Program-made: the position numbers and the translations under genes
Source: an uncultured Verrucomicrobiae bacterium
Lineage (GTDB): Bacteria > Verrucomicrobiota > Verrucomicrobiia > Verrucomicrobiales > Akkermansiaceae
Direction of reading: 5' to 3'
Assembly (NCBI GenBank): GCA_937957985.1
Contig: CALGOH010000223.1
Span: forward strand, 4,756 to 68,755
Length of the DNA: 64,000 bases
In this document: positions 48,210-58,246 of the stretch, in pieces
How the letters are laid out: each line of letters starts with the position of its first letter
Numbering within the stretch: position 1 is the first letter of the stretch
The notes under the pieces: generated by a model
Database searches by the model: none
Told to the model about the DNA's origin: nothing
The model's input: the letters and a program-made list of their open reading frames with translations, nothing else

Positions 48210-49299
48210 CGCGCCCCTTCCATTGGGTCATCCGGCCGGAACGCCGGCGACGCACCGCCATCACAAAGACAACCTGATAGAACAGCAAAGGGATCGGAAA
48301 GGCCAGGGCGCTCCACCAGGAAAAGCCGCCGATGCGACGGAGGTCCGTCATCAGGCCCAGCGCCCCCGCAACGTAGGCCAGCCCAACAGCCCAAGCGGCC
48401 AGTCCCTTCGCCAGCGGCAGCAGCGCGACGGCGACGGTCAGCATCATCAGGCCGGTGATCCAGATCGACGACAACACCAGCACCGGCTTCGGGGTCAGGC
48501 CCGCCCCGGAGGCGAAGCCTTTCACCCAACTCTCCAAGAGCTGCCGATATCCCTCCGGAAACATTCGCATCGAGATCGCGCCACGACCGATGCGGCAGAT
48601 CCGGCGAACGCCCAGTTCCTCGAGCGGCTTCGACAGGTGAAAGTTCTCCAGCACCGTGCGACGCACCGCGCCGTGGCCACCCACCTCGTCATAGACATCG
48701 CGTGGGATGAGCATCGACTGACCAAACAGACCGATGCCCGGGGCGTCGTCGCCGCGCCACGTCGAGGCACCGATGCCTCCGACCATCAGCAGGTTGAAGA
48801 ACGCGGACAGGTTCTCGTAGACCCCCTCGATGCGATGCCACGGACACACGGAGATCGCCACCCGTGGCGCCATCAGCACGCCAAGTCGGGCGAGTGCCTC
48901 GGGTTGCGGCTCGACGTCGGCATCGAGGAACCACAGCCACTCCCCCTCGGCCGCGTCCGCCCCCTGCTGGCAGGCCCAGGGTTTGCCGAACCATCCCTCG
49001 GGCAGGGACCTCCCCTCGATCACCCGGGCACCCGACGCCCGCGCGACCGACGCCGTGTCGTCATCCGACTGGTCGTCCACCACGATGATCTCGTGCGGCG
49101 GCACGGTCTGCGCCACGAGGGCCGGCAGGAGCTTGCGCAGGTTCCGTTCCTCGTTCCGCGCCGGAATGATCACCGAAACGCGCGGCACCACGCCCTCGCC
49201 GACCGGCGGCAGCCCCCGGGCGCGGCCCAGAAACAACCGCCCCGCCGCCAGCGCCAGCAACGCACCCGTCCAGGCCACGATCGCGACGGCGGCGGACAT
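48199..49299 (-). CDS. crtQ: GT2 glycosyltransferase, CrtQ-like (4,4'-diaponeurosporenoate glycosyltransferase family)
   Basis: From ATG 49299: VSVIIPARNEERNL...IIVVDDQSDDDT...EGWFGKPWAC...FLDADV, with C-terminal TM segments. TGATG overlap with the upstream desaturase and an 11-nt overlap with crtO. Confidence 0.7.
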   Translation of the reverse strand: MSAAVAIVAWTGALLALAAGRLFLGRARGLPPVGEGVVPRVSVIIPARNEERNLRKLLPALVAQTVPPHEIIVVDDQSDDDTASVARASGARVIEGRSLPEGWFGKPWACQQGADAAEGEWLWFLDADVEPQPEALARLGVLMAPRVAISVCPWHRIEGVYENLSAFFNLLMVGGIGASTWRGDDAPGIGLFGQSMLIPRDVYDEVGGHGAVRRTVLENFHLSKPLEELGVRRICRIGRGAISMRMFPEGYRQLLESWVKGFASGAGLTPKPVLVLSSIWITGLMMLTVAVALLPLAKGLAAWAVGLAYVAGALGLMTDLRRIGGFSWWSALAFPIPLLFYQVVFVMAVRRRRSGRMTQWKGRDVD

Positions 49300-50795
49300 C
49301 ACCCCCGATCGCTGGCGACCAGGCGGTCGCAGACCTTCTGCCCGCAAAGCACCGCCATCGGCATGCCGCCACCCGGATTCACGCTGCCGCCGGTGAAGAA
49401 CAGGTTCTCATACTTCGAACTCTGCTTGGGCGCCTTGAACGCCTTGTTCAGCTTCCAGTCGCTGACCACCCCGTAGATCGACCCGCGGTTGGAAAGATAC
49501 ATCCGCTCGATGTCCACCGGGGTGAGCATGTCACGCACCACCGCGTGCTTGCGCAGGTCGGTCAGGCCCATCCGCTCGAGCTTCTCGAGCACCCGCTCGG
49601 CATAGGCCTCGTAGTCCGCCTCCGATAGCGGATGCTCCGGATCGATCGGCGGGATGTGCGGAAGCACCTTGATGTTGTCACAACCCTCCGGCGCCTTGGT
49701 CGGATCGGTACGCGTCGGAGCGACCAGATAGATCGTCGGATCCTCCGGCAGCTTCCCTTTCCGGAACACGGTGTCGAAGTGCTTCGACTGGTCTTTCGAA
49801 TAGAAGAAATTGTGGTGCGCGAGCTGCGGGTAGATGCGGTCGGTGCCGAGATGCAGCACCAGCCCCGAGCACGCGGGCGCGAAGCGCTCGAGCTTCTTCA
49901 TGAACCGCGCGTCCTCCTTGAGCAGATGCTTGTAGGCGGGAATCACCTCCATGTTGCAAACCACGTGACCGGCGGAAAGCCGGGTGCCGTCGTCGAGCAC
50001 CACGCCATCGACGCGGCGCCCGTTCCTGGTGATCTCGCGGACACGGGTGTCGAGGCGGATCGGAATCTCCAGATCCGCCGCCAGCTTTTCCAGGCCGCGG
50101 GCCAGTTCATACATGCCGCCCTTCACGTACCACAGGCCGTGATCGAACTGGATCAGCGACATCATGTTCATGTAACCCGGCGCGTCCTTCGCCGAGGAGC
50201 CGACATACTTGATGAAATACTCGAAGATCCACCGCAGGTGCTGGCTGCGGAAATGGCGGGCGACTGACTCGGACATGCTGTGCTTCCAGTCCATCCCCCG
50301 GAAAAGCCCGAAGAACCCGTAGTGCCGGATCATCTCCCAGGTCGTGTCGAGGCCCTTGGCGAAGTATCCGTGTTCGACCATCCGGTACTGGCGCCGGCCA
50401 TACTCAAGGAAGCGCTGGAAGTCGTCCCAGTGCGCAGCCGCGTCACCCTCGAGCTTCCCGAGTTCCCGCCGCATGTCCTCCGGCTTCTCCAGCAGGTCGA
50501 GCACGAGCCCGTCCTCGAAGAAATTCCGCCAGTGGGGCGTGACCGGTTGGAGTTCGACGTAGTCGCTCATCCGCTTCCCGGCGCGCTTGAAAAGATCCTC
50601 GAAGATCTGCGGCAGCGTGAAGATCGAGGGGCCGAGGTCGAAGGTGAAGCCGTCGATCTCGCTCACGTTCAGCTTGCCGCCCACCCGGTCGTTCTTCTCG
50701 AGGATCTCGACCCGATACCCTTCCGCCCGCAACGAGATCGCCGCCGACAAACCGCCGAGCCCCGCTCCGATCACCAGGATGTTTCCCTTGTCCAT
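49299..50795 (-). CDS. Phytoene-desaturase-family FAD oxidoreductase (CrtP/CrtN-like)
   Basis: MDKGNILVIGAGLGGLSAAISLRAEGYRVEILEKNDRVGGK dinucleotide fold. The 498-aa length and C-terminal FFTGGSVNPGGGMP are typical of the CrtI/N/P family. Confidence 0.8.
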   Translation of the reverse strand: MDKGNILVIGAGLGGLSAAISLRAEGYRVEILEKNDRVGGKLNVSEIDGFTFDLGPSIFTLPQIFEDLFKRAGKRMSDYVELQPVTPHWRNFFEDGLVLDLLEKPEDMRRELGKLEGDAAAHWDDFQRFLEYGRRQYRMVEHGYFAKGLDTTWEMIRHYGFFGLFRGMDWKHSMSESVARHFRSQHLRWIFEYFIKYVGSSAKDAPGYMNMMSLIQFDHGLWYVKGGMYELARGLEKLAADLEIPIRLDTRVREITRNGRRVDGVVLDDGTRLSAGHVVCNMEVIPAYKHLLKEDARFMKKLERFAPACSGLVLHLGTDRIYPQLAHHNFFYSKDQSKHFDTVFRKGKLPEDPTIYLVAPTRTDPTKAPEGCDNIKVLPHIPPIDPEHPLSEADYEAYAERVLEKLERMGLTDLRKHAVVRDMLTPVDIERMYLSNRGSIYGVVSDWKLNKAFKAPKQSSKYENLFFTGGSVNPGGGMPMAVLCGQKVCDRLVASDRG

Positions 50796-50856
50796 GCTCG
50801 TGAGATTTCCAGCGGCTAGGGCGTGATCCCGCCCGCCGACGTGCTAGATTCGGCGC

Positions 50857-52236
50857 ATGCGCGAGGAACGCAAGGCAGGAGATGCGGAGGTTTCCGGGAT
50901 CCGGCGACAACAAGAGGAATTCTTCGCATCCGGAGCCACGCGTCCGGTCGAGCATCGTCGCGACGCGCTCCGGTCCCTGCTGGCCGCCTGGGAGTCGCGG
51001 GAAAAGGACATCCTCGACGCGCTGGAGGCCGATCTGGGAAAGCCCGCGCTGGAAGCGTGGCTCAGCGAGTACCATTTCATCCGCGACGACCTGCGGCTGG
51101 CCATCCGCAAGCTCCCCCGTTGGGCCAGGCCCCGCCGGGCCGGGCACCCCTTCTATTTCCTTCCCGCCTCCAGCCGCATCCACCGCGAGCCCTTCGGCAC
51201 GGCGCTGGTGATGGCCCCGTGGAACTACCCCCTCCAGCTCGCGCTCAGCCCCGCGGTCGCCGCGGTCGCCGCCGGCAACTGCGTCACCGTCAAGCCCTCG
51301 GAACTGAGCCCCGCAAGCTCCGCGCTGCTCGCGGAAATCGTCGTGCAAGCCTGCGATCCCGCCCACGTGACCGTCGTGCAGGGCGATGCCGGGGTCGGCG
51401 CCGCGCTGCTCGACCAGCCCTGGGACTTCTTCTTCTTCACCGGCGGCGAGAGCGTCGGTCGCAAGGTCGCCGCCGCCGCGGCCCGCCATCTGGCCCCCTC
51501 GGTCCTCGAACTCGGCGGAAAATCGCCGGCGGTGATCGATGAGACCGGCGACCTGAAACTCGCCGCGGAAAGGATCGCCGTCGGCAGGTTCCTCAACGCC
51601 GGACAGACCTGCATGGCCCCGGATTTCGTCGCCGTGCCGGAGGGCCGGCTCGAGGAATTCACCCGGCATCTCGACGCCTTCCTCGAGCAGGCCTATCAAC
51701 ACCCCCGCCCCGACCTCGCCCGGCTGCCGAACCGCCGGCACTACGACCGGGTGCTCGCCCTCTCGACAGGCGATGTCCACACCTTCGGCGGGGACGATCC
51801 CGGGTCGTTGCGCCTCGCGCCCCGCTGGCTGCGAGCCGACTGGGATCACTCGGCGATGAAGGAAGAGGTCTTCGGGCCTTTGCTGCCCGTTGTCGCCTAC
51901 CGGGACCGGAACGAATTCATCGAACGCCTCCGCAGCCTGCCCGCCCCGCTCGCCCTCTACGTCTTCACCAACCGTCGCGGCTTCGCGGATGACCTGATCC
52001 GGCGTTTCCGCTCCGGCTCGGTCTGCGTCAACGACGTCCTGAAACAAGGCGTCAACCACGCCCTGCCCTTCGGCGGGGTCGGCCCCAGCGGACACGGTCG
52101 CTACCGCGGACGGCACGGGTTCGACACCTTCACCTTCAGCCGTCCCGTCACCCGGCGGCCCCAGTGGCCCGACCCCTTCTTCCAGGCGCCGCCCTACGGC
52201 AACTTGCTGGATCGACTCCGGCGTCTCCTCCGCTAG
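50857..52236 (+). CDS. NAD(P)-dependent aldehyde dehydrogenase (class 3-like; candidate carotenoid aldehyde dehydrogenase)
   Basis: APWNYPLQLAL, KPSELSP, catalytic ELGGKSP and GQTCMAPD. It is divergent from the crt genes. Confidence 0.8.
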   Translation: MREERKAGDAEVSGIRRQQEEFFASGATRPVEHRRDALRSLLAAWESREKDILDALEADLGKPALEAWLSEYHFIRDDLRLAIRKLPRWARPRRAGHPFYFLPASSRIHREPFGTALVMAPWNYPLQLALSPAVAAVAAGNCVTVKPSELSPASSALLAEIVVQACDPAHVTVVQGDAGVGAALLDQPWDFFFFTGGESVGRKVAAAAARHLAPSVLELGGKSPAVIDETGDLKLAAERIAVGRFLNAGQTCMAPDFVAVPEGRLEEFTRHLDAFLEQAYQHPRPDLARLPNRRHYDRVLALSTGDVHTFGGDDPGSLRLAPRWLRADWDHSAMKEEVFGPLLPVVAYRDRNEFIERLRSLPAPLALYVFTNRRGFADDLIRRFRSGSVCVNDVLKQGVNHALPFGGVGPSGHGRYRGRHGFDTFTFSRPVTRRPQWPDPFFQAPPYGNLLDRLRRLLR

Positions 52237-52246
52237 GATCTCCACC

Positions 52247-52480
52247 GTGAAGGTTTTCTTCCTCCCCCTTGCCGCCGTCCTGCTGCTCTGCCAATGCGGC
52301 GGCCTCACCGGTTCCCGCGGCGAGCTTCGCGGCTACCGGCTCGGTCTTGAAAAGGGCGGCGCCGACCGCGCCGCCGGCCTTTCCTGCACCCCGACCCGCT
52401 ACTCCGCCGAATACACCGGCGGCGAAGCCGAGGACTTCGCCCGCGGCTACCTCAAGGGCTACGAACGCGAGCGACGTTAG
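52247..52480 (+). CDS. Small putative lipoprotein
   Basis: GTG start. MKVFFLPLAAVLLLCQCGG is a signal with a Cys. 77 aa. Confidence 0.4.
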   Translation: MKVFFLPLAAVLLLCQCGGLTGSRGELRGYRLGLEKGGADRAAGLSCTPTRYSAEYTGGEAEDFARGYLKGYERERR

Positions 52481-53832
52481 ACGGTCTCGCTCCGCAGCCG
52501 TTTCCACACGTGGATCGGCAGCATCCAGCCGGTGACGAGGAAGATCGTCGCGCCCATGGCGATGAGCATGGCGCCCATGCCTCCCGACCACAGGGCGAGG
52601 GCGGCGGCGACGGCGAGGAGCGGGGTTTCCACGAACTGAACGCGGGCGAGCCGGGCGACCTGGCCGGTGCCGATCATGAGCATGTGGTTCAGGTGCCGCC
52701 AGACGTGGGCGACGAAGTAGAACGCGTAGGCACCCAGCACGCCGCGGCCGACGCCGGCGAATTCCTCGCCGAGCCAGATGCGGAAGCCCCACGGTCCGAC
52801 GAGGATCATGCCCGTGGCGGAGGCGAGGGCGAAACAACAGCCATAGAGGTAGAGCTTGCGCGACGCACGGTGGGCCCACTCGCGGTCGCCGCGGGCCAGG
52901 GCGTCGGCCACCGCCGGCCAGGTGGGGGTGCTGACCATCATCACGAAGCCGAGCTGCATGACGGTGAGCGCGATGAGCGGGCCGTAGAGTGCGACCTGGT
53001 CGGGCCCGCCGATCCGGCCGACGAGCCAGCCGCAGAAGTTGTACTCGACCACGCCGGTGAGCAGCATGGCGCTGGCGAAGGCGAGTCCGTCGCCGAAGAG
53101 ATGGCGCGCGGTCGATACCCGGAAAAACTCCGGGCGCGGGATCAAGTCCGGATGCTTCCTCCACAGCGCGGCGGTGTTGGCCAGCTTGGCGGCGACGACC
53201 GATCCGTTGATCGCGACGACGAGATACCAGACCTGCGGGAAGAACCAGATGCCGCATCCGACCGCGGCGGCCGCGAGTTATTTGCCGGCGCCGCCCCAGA
53301 GGTCGGTGCCCGCGACCTCCAGCACGCCCTCGCCCACGCGGCCGCCGAGCCCCAGCACGAAGAGCGAGGTGAACACGCCGAGACCGACCCACAGCGCCGG
53401 GCGCATGACCGACTCGCGCCCCGCGAAGTCGTCGCCGAAGAGGGTCGGGATCGGAACCGTGAGCAACAAGACGGCAAGCAGCACCGCAACCAGTGCGGCC
53501 AGCCCGAGCATGAGGAAAAAGGAGGTCGAGGCCAGCACCCGGCGGCGCAGGGCGTCGCCCCTGGCCCCGGCCTCGGACAGGCCGTGGGCGAGCGCCGGGC
53601 CGATGCCGACCTCGAGCAGCGCGACGGTCGAGAGCGCGAGGCTGATGCTGGTGTAGATGCCGAACTCCGCCCGTCCCATCACCCGCACGGCGATGGGAAT
53701 GGCGAGGAGCTGGAGCAGCCCGGTGCCCGCCTTCGAGAGAAACGACGTGACCACCGCCAGCCGGATCGACCGATCGCGGCGGGTGACCTGTTGTTCCCGC
53801 TCGGCGGTCTCCACGGCGGCGATGGTAGCCAT
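52477..53832 (-). pseudogene. wzx: Wzx-type oligosaccharide flippase interrupted by one in-frame TAA
   Basis: ORFs 53278..53832 and 52477..53145 are in the same frame. The sequence between them is also open (LAAAAVGCGIWFFPQVWYLVVAING...). The single stop is TAA at 53278-53280, within ...LWGGAGK*LAAAA.... The combined length of about 451 aa and the polytopic profile fit the polysaccharide-biosynthesis (Wzx/MATE-like) family. Confidence 0.75.
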
Positions 53833-53866
53833 CTTTTTCCCGGAGGACAGACCGGATGCGGGCCGA

Positions 53867-55375
53867 TCAGCAGGCGCCCTTCCGCTTGAAGAAGGTCAGC
53901 AGCATGATCTGGAAGTCGAGGAACGGGTTCCAGTTCTCGATGTAGTCGAGGTCGAACTTGACGCGCTCCTTGAGGCAGGTGTCGCCACGGAAGCCGTGGA
54001 TCTGCGCCCATCCGGTGAGGCCCGGCTTCACGTTGTGGCGGACGTTGTACCAGCGGATCTGCTCCTTGAAGCCCTCGATCAGTTCCGGACGCTCCGGACG
54101 GGGACCGACGAGGCTCATCTCGCCGGTCAGCACGTTCCAGAACTGCGGCAGCTCGTCGATGTTCCACTTGCGCATGAAGGCGCCGACCTTGAGCCGGCGC
54201 GGATCGTCCTGAACCGTCCAGCCCGGCGCGCCGTCGGCCTCGGCGTCGGGCTTCATGCTGCGGATCTTGAAGATGTCGAACGGCCGGCCGTTCAGGCCGA
54301 TGCGACGCTGGCGGTAGATCACCGCGCCCGGGGACTCGAGATAGACGAGCGCCGAGAACAACGCCATAACCGGAGCGAAGACCACCAGTCCGATGACGGC
54401 ACCGACGATGTCGACGGTGCGTTTGAGGACGTTGTTGAAGGCGTGGTGCAGCGGCAGCTTGCCGACCCCGAGCACCGGCATCCCGTGGACGCTCTCGAAC
54501 TGCAGCCCGGACAGCAGGATCTGGAAGCAGCTCGGCACCAGCTTGAAATCGACGAACTCCTTGCCGCAGGTTTCGGCCAGCTCGAGCATCGCGTCGCGGC
54601 CGAGGGCCGAGTCGACCGCCATGACGATGTCGGCGCCGCTCTCGCGGATGATGTCGCGCGCCTCGCCGACGGTGCCGAGAATCGGGATGGACCCGGGCAT
54701 TTCGAAAGCCGAGTCCATCTTCTCCGGCAGGATCACGCCCGAAACCTCGTAGCGGTGCGCGCGTCCTTCGGAAAAGCCGCAAACCGAGCGCTCGCATTCG
54801 CTGTTCCAACCGACGAAGACGACCTTCTGCCGCAGGGTCGAGGCGATCGGCTCGCGCCGCATCACGCAGTAGAGGAACCAGCGCCACAGGCCCAGGCCGG
54901 CGAAGGACAGGCCGGCGGCCAGCACGCAGTAGGCGCGGCTGATCGCCGGCTCGAGCTTGAGGGTGAGCGTGAGACCGAGGAAGACGGCGAACCAGATCGC
55001 GCAGGACTTGGCGACGAGCTGGAGCGTCCGCCGGATCGCGAGGAAATGGCGCGGGTCGTGGGCGCGGAAATTCGCCAGCAGGAAGAGCAACAAGGCCGCG
55101 CCGAGAACGACGTGACCGAGGTAGCTGCTCAGGTCGATCGCCTCGTCGACGACACCGAATGTGGCAAGGTGCGTCTCGAAACGCACCAGGTAGGCGGCGA
55201 GCATCGCGAAGAGCACGACCGCGGCGTCTCCCAGGAAGCTGAGTGCGATGAGCTTCTGGTGCGCGACCCAGGCGCGATGCCGGTGGCGGAGGGAATAGGC
55301 TGGAGCGGCCGGTGCTTCGACCGGGGAAAATGACGCCGAGGAAGCGTCATCCCGCGTGGGAATGGCTGTTTTCAT
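53867..55375 (-). CDS. Polyprenyl-phosphate glycosyl-1-phosphate transferase (WbaP/bacterial sugar transferase family), EPS initiating enzyme
   Basis: C-terminal [12 protein letters not shown]...[40 protein letters not shown]...[10 protein letters not shown]. The N-terminal region has TM segments. Confidence 0.88.
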   Translation of the reverse strand: MKTAIPTRDDASSASFSPVEAPAAPAYSLRHRHRAWVAHQKLIALSFLGDAAVVLFAMLAAYLVRFETHLATFGVVDEAIDLSSYLGHVVLGAALLLFLLANFRAHDPRHFLAIRRTLQLVAKSCAIWFAVFLGLTLTLKLEPAISRAYCVLAAGLSFAGLGLWRWFLYCVMRREPIASTLRQKVVFVGWNSECERSVCGFSEGRAHRYEVSGVILPEKMDSAFEMPGSIPILGTVGEARDIIRESGADIVMAVDSALGRDAMLELAETCGKEFVDFKLVPSCFQILLSGLQFESVHGMPVLGVGKLPLHHAFNNVLKRTVDIVGAVIGLVVFAPVMALFSALVYLESPGAVIYRQRRIGLNGRPFDIFKIRSMKPDAEADGAPGWTVQDDPRRLKVGAFMRKWNIDELPQFWNVLTGEMSLVGPRPERPELIEGFKEQIRWYNVRHNVKPGLTGWAQIHGFRGDTCLKERVKFDLDYIENWNPFLDFQIMLLTFFKRKGAC

Positions 55376-55477
55376 GTTCGGGGGGATGGGGGGTGAGACA
55401 GCGCGGGTGGGTGACCCGCGGAAACGTTTCGCCGGGGGAGCAAAACGCGAGATTATTCGAAGAATTCGCGTGGGATG

Positions 55478-57658
55478 TCAATCATGGGGTTCGAGGTTGC
55501 GGGCGTCCGCGATCGCGGAAGCGCTGGTGTCGGAAAGCTTGTATCGTGCCACCGGCAGGCTGGGACCGCCGTTGGCGTGGGCGGGATGCTCGTTCCAGAC
55601 GAATCCGACGAGATTCGCGCCGCCGGCCCGGAGCAGGTCGGCGCTCTGCTTGAGTTCGCGGCGGTCGCTCCCACCTTCTCCGACGATCAGGCAGGTGTGA
55701 TCCGCATAGCGTGCGACGACCTGCGCGTCGCTGCTGGAAAGCACCGATGGCACGTCGATCACCACGCGGTCGAACCAGCGCTGCGCCTCCTCGAGGAGCG
55801 CGGGGAAACGGGTGCCGGAAAGCAGTTCCGACGCATCGCTGCGCATGGCGCCCGACGACATCAGGAACAGGCGCTCGACCGGGGTCCGCACGCAGGCCTC
55901 GGCCGGCGTGGACTCGCCGGCGAGGTAGGCACCGAGCCCGAGGTCGCCACCCGGCTCCTTGAGGTGCTCGCGGCTCAGGCCCGGCTTGCGCAGGTCGGCA
56001 TCGACCAGCAGCGTGCGGTATCCCTGCACCGCCAGCGAGACGGCGTGGTTCACCGCACAGAACGACGTGCCCTCCCCTTCCCTGGCGCTGGCGAACAGCA
56101 CGGTGCGCATGCCCTGGGCATGGGAGCTGGGAATGAGCACCGCCCGCAGGCGGCGGAAGGCTTCCGCGGCGGCCGAGTGCGGAGACGAAAGCATGACCAT
56201 GCCGTCGCCCGCCGCCTCGTCCGGCAGGCGCGCCAGCAACGGCACCCCGGTGGCCCGCGTGACGGTCGCCGCATCGCGCACCCGGCGGTCGCCGAGTTCG
56301 AGTCCGATCATCAGCAGGGCACCCAGGAACATTCCGCCGAATCCCGCCACGGGGGTGAGGAGCATGCGCCGGGGCCGGTGGGGTTGCTCGGGGGCGAGCG
56401 GCTGCTCCTGCCAGCTCAGGAACGACGACGACACCGATCCGACCATCGCCGTTTCGCGGAGCCGGCGCGCGACCGAGGCATGCAGTTCGCGGTCGGCCGC
56501 GGCGTCCCGGGAAAGCTTCGCGAACTCCGCGCGCAAACCCTCGACGCCGACCGCCTCGCCGCTGGCCAGCGCGACCTCGGCTTCGAGTTTCGCCTCGTTC
56601 TCGACGGCGACCTTGTAGCTCTTCTCGATCGCCTCGCCGGCCATGCCCACGGCCTGGGCCAGATTCTTCTTCGCGCCTTCGACCGCCTGCGCGGCCTCCT
56701 TGTAGGTCGGGTGCTTGTAGAGGTAGCGTTCCTTCACCTTGTCGAATGCCAGCTCGCTGTCGCGCAGGTCGCGCACCAGCGCCAGCACCTCGGCGCTGTG
56801 GCCGCCTTCGCTCAATCCGGCCAGCGCGTCGGGGTCCGCCGGGTCGAAACGGGCGAAGGCCTCGCGTTCGGCCTCGAGCCGCAGCCGCTCGGCCTTGGCC
56901 TGGGTCAGGCGTGAATTGAGAATGTCGAGGGTTTCCTGGCTCGATCCGCCGGTGACCGAAAGCCCGGGCACCGGATGCTCCTCGCGGAAATCCTGCAGGG
57001 CCGCCTCGGAGGCTTCCATGCGCATGCGCAGTCGTTCCTCCTCGCGGGCCAGGCCGGCGCTCGCCTGCTCGATCAGCCTTTCGCGCCCTTCCTCCGACCA
57101 CGTTTCGTACTCCGACTTGATCGCCTCGACCAGTCGCGCCGCCCGCTCCGGATCGGTGTCCTCGACGGCGATCTCGATCACCCGCGTGCCGCGGCTCAGC
57201 CCGACGTGCACGCGGTTGGCGAGAATCCCGAGCACCGCCTGCCGGCTCAGATCCCGTCCGGCGAACTCCGGATCATCCATCAGCCCTTCGCGGTCGATCA
57301 CGCGCAGCAGCACGCTCGACGAGGCCATGCCGCGCTCGACCGAGAGCATCTGTTCGAGGTCCCGCGCCTGTTCGGAGGAAACGGGGCGCACGTCGAAGAC
57401 CTGCGGGGTTTCGGTGCTGATGTAAACCGAGCCGGTCGCCTGATAGATCTTCGGCATCCGCCCGAGCACCCACCACGCCGCCAGCGCGGCGAGCAGGCCG
57501 GCCACGATCACGATCCATCCGCGCCGCAGCAGCATGCTGGCGAAGCGGGACATCTCGACCTTCGGCATGTAGAAGGTCGGATCGGTGGCCACCGGCGACA
57601 CGTCGGTGCTCAACGCCGTGTCGCGGCGTTTTTCCCAGGGGAGGATGGGAGACTTCAT
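55478..57658 (-). CDS. Wzc/GumC-like polysaccharide co-polymerase with C-terminal BY-kinase-like domain (atypical Walker A)
   Basis: N-terminal Wzz-type domain and coiled coil, then a second TM segment. The P-loop region is FASAREGEGTSF, followed by LLVDADLRKP (Walker A') and VVIDVPSVLSSSDA (Walker B-like). Confidence 0.8.
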   Translation of the reverse strand: MKSPILPWEKRRDTALSTDVSPVATDPTFYMPKVEMSRFASMLLRRGWIVIVAGLLAALAAWWVLGRMPKIYQATGSVYISTETPQVFDVRPVSSEQARDLEQMLSVERGMASSSVLLRVIDREGLMDDPEFAGRDLSRQAVLGILANRVHVGLSRGTRVIEIAVEDTDPERAARLVEAIKSEYETWSEEGRERLIEQASAGLAREEERLRMRMEASEAALQDFREEHPVPGLSVTGGSSQETLDILNSRLTQAKAERLRLEAEREAFARFDPADPDALAGLSEGGHSAEVLALVRDLRDSELAFDKVKERYLYKHPTYKEAAQAVEGAKKNLAQAVGMAGEAIEKSYKVAVENEAKLEAEVALASGEAVGVEGLRAEFAKLSRDAAADRELHASVARRLRETAMVGSVSSSFLSWQEQPLAPEQPHRPRRMLLTPVAGFGGMFLGALLMIGLELGDRRVRDAATVTRATGVPLLARLPDEAAGDGMVMLSSPHSAAAEAFRRLRAVLIPSSHAQGMRTVLFASAREGEGTSFCAVNHAVSLAVQGYRTLLVDADLRKPGLSREHLKEPGGDLGLGAYLAGESTPAEACVRTPVERLFLMSSGAMRSDASELLSGTRFPALLEEAQRWFDRVVIDVPSVLSSSDAQVVARYADHTCLIVGEGGSDRRELKQSADLLRAGGANLVGFVWNEHPAHANGGPSLPVARYKLSDTSASAIADARNLEPHD

Positions 57659-57674
57659 GGCAAGGGGGGGCGGA

Positions 57675-58241
57675 TCAGAACAGGCTTTCGGGAACGGTGA
57701 CGATGTCGCCGTCGAGGAGCGGCACGTCCTTCGCCTGCCCGGAGGTGATGTTCCGCAGGTCGATGCGCAGCGGCTGCGCCTGACCGCGGCGTTTCAGGGT
57801 GATCTTCTTCTCGTTGGCGATGCGCGTCATGCCGCCGGCCATGCCGAGCGCCTCGACGAGCGTGAGCTGGCGGTTGGGATCGAGGCGGAAGACGCCGGGC
57901 TTCTGGACCTCGCCGAGCACCGTCACCGACTTGCGCACCCGGGCGGTGATCGCCACCGATACTTCCGGGCGGACGAGGTAGCCGTCGCGCAGCTTGCCCT
58001 CGATGAGCGTCGCCGCCTGGTCGGTCGTGAGGCCGGCGAGACGCACCGCCCCGATGAGCGGCATGTTGATCGTCCCGGCGGGCGAAAGCTGGCCGCGGGT
58101 CGCCAGGTCGTCCTCGCGGAAGACCTGGATCGACACGCTGTCGCGACTGCCGATGGTGCCGGATGCGCGCTCGTCCTGGGCCGCGACCGGCAGGACGAAG
58201 GTCCCGGCGAGGAGCAGGATGAGGTAGTGAAGGAAGTTCAT
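57675..58241 (-). CDS. wza: Polysaccharide export outer-membrane protein (Wza-like; Poly_export + SLBB)
   Basis: Signal peptide. DSVSIQVF...GTINMPLIGAVRLAGLTTDQAATLIEGKL...VTVLGEVQKPGVF...TLVEALGMAGG...DGDIVTVP. Confidence 0.85.
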   Translation of the reverse strand: MNFLHYLILLLAGTFVLPVAAQDERASGTIGSRDSVSIQVFREDDLATRGQLSPAGTINMPLIGAVRLAGLTTDQAATLIEGKLRDGYLVRPEVSVAITARVRKSVTVLGEVQKPGVFRLDPNRQLTLVEALGMAGGMTRIANEKKITLKRRGQAQPLRIDLRNITSGQAKDVPLLDGDIVTVPESLF

Positions 58242-58246
58242 GGCGA

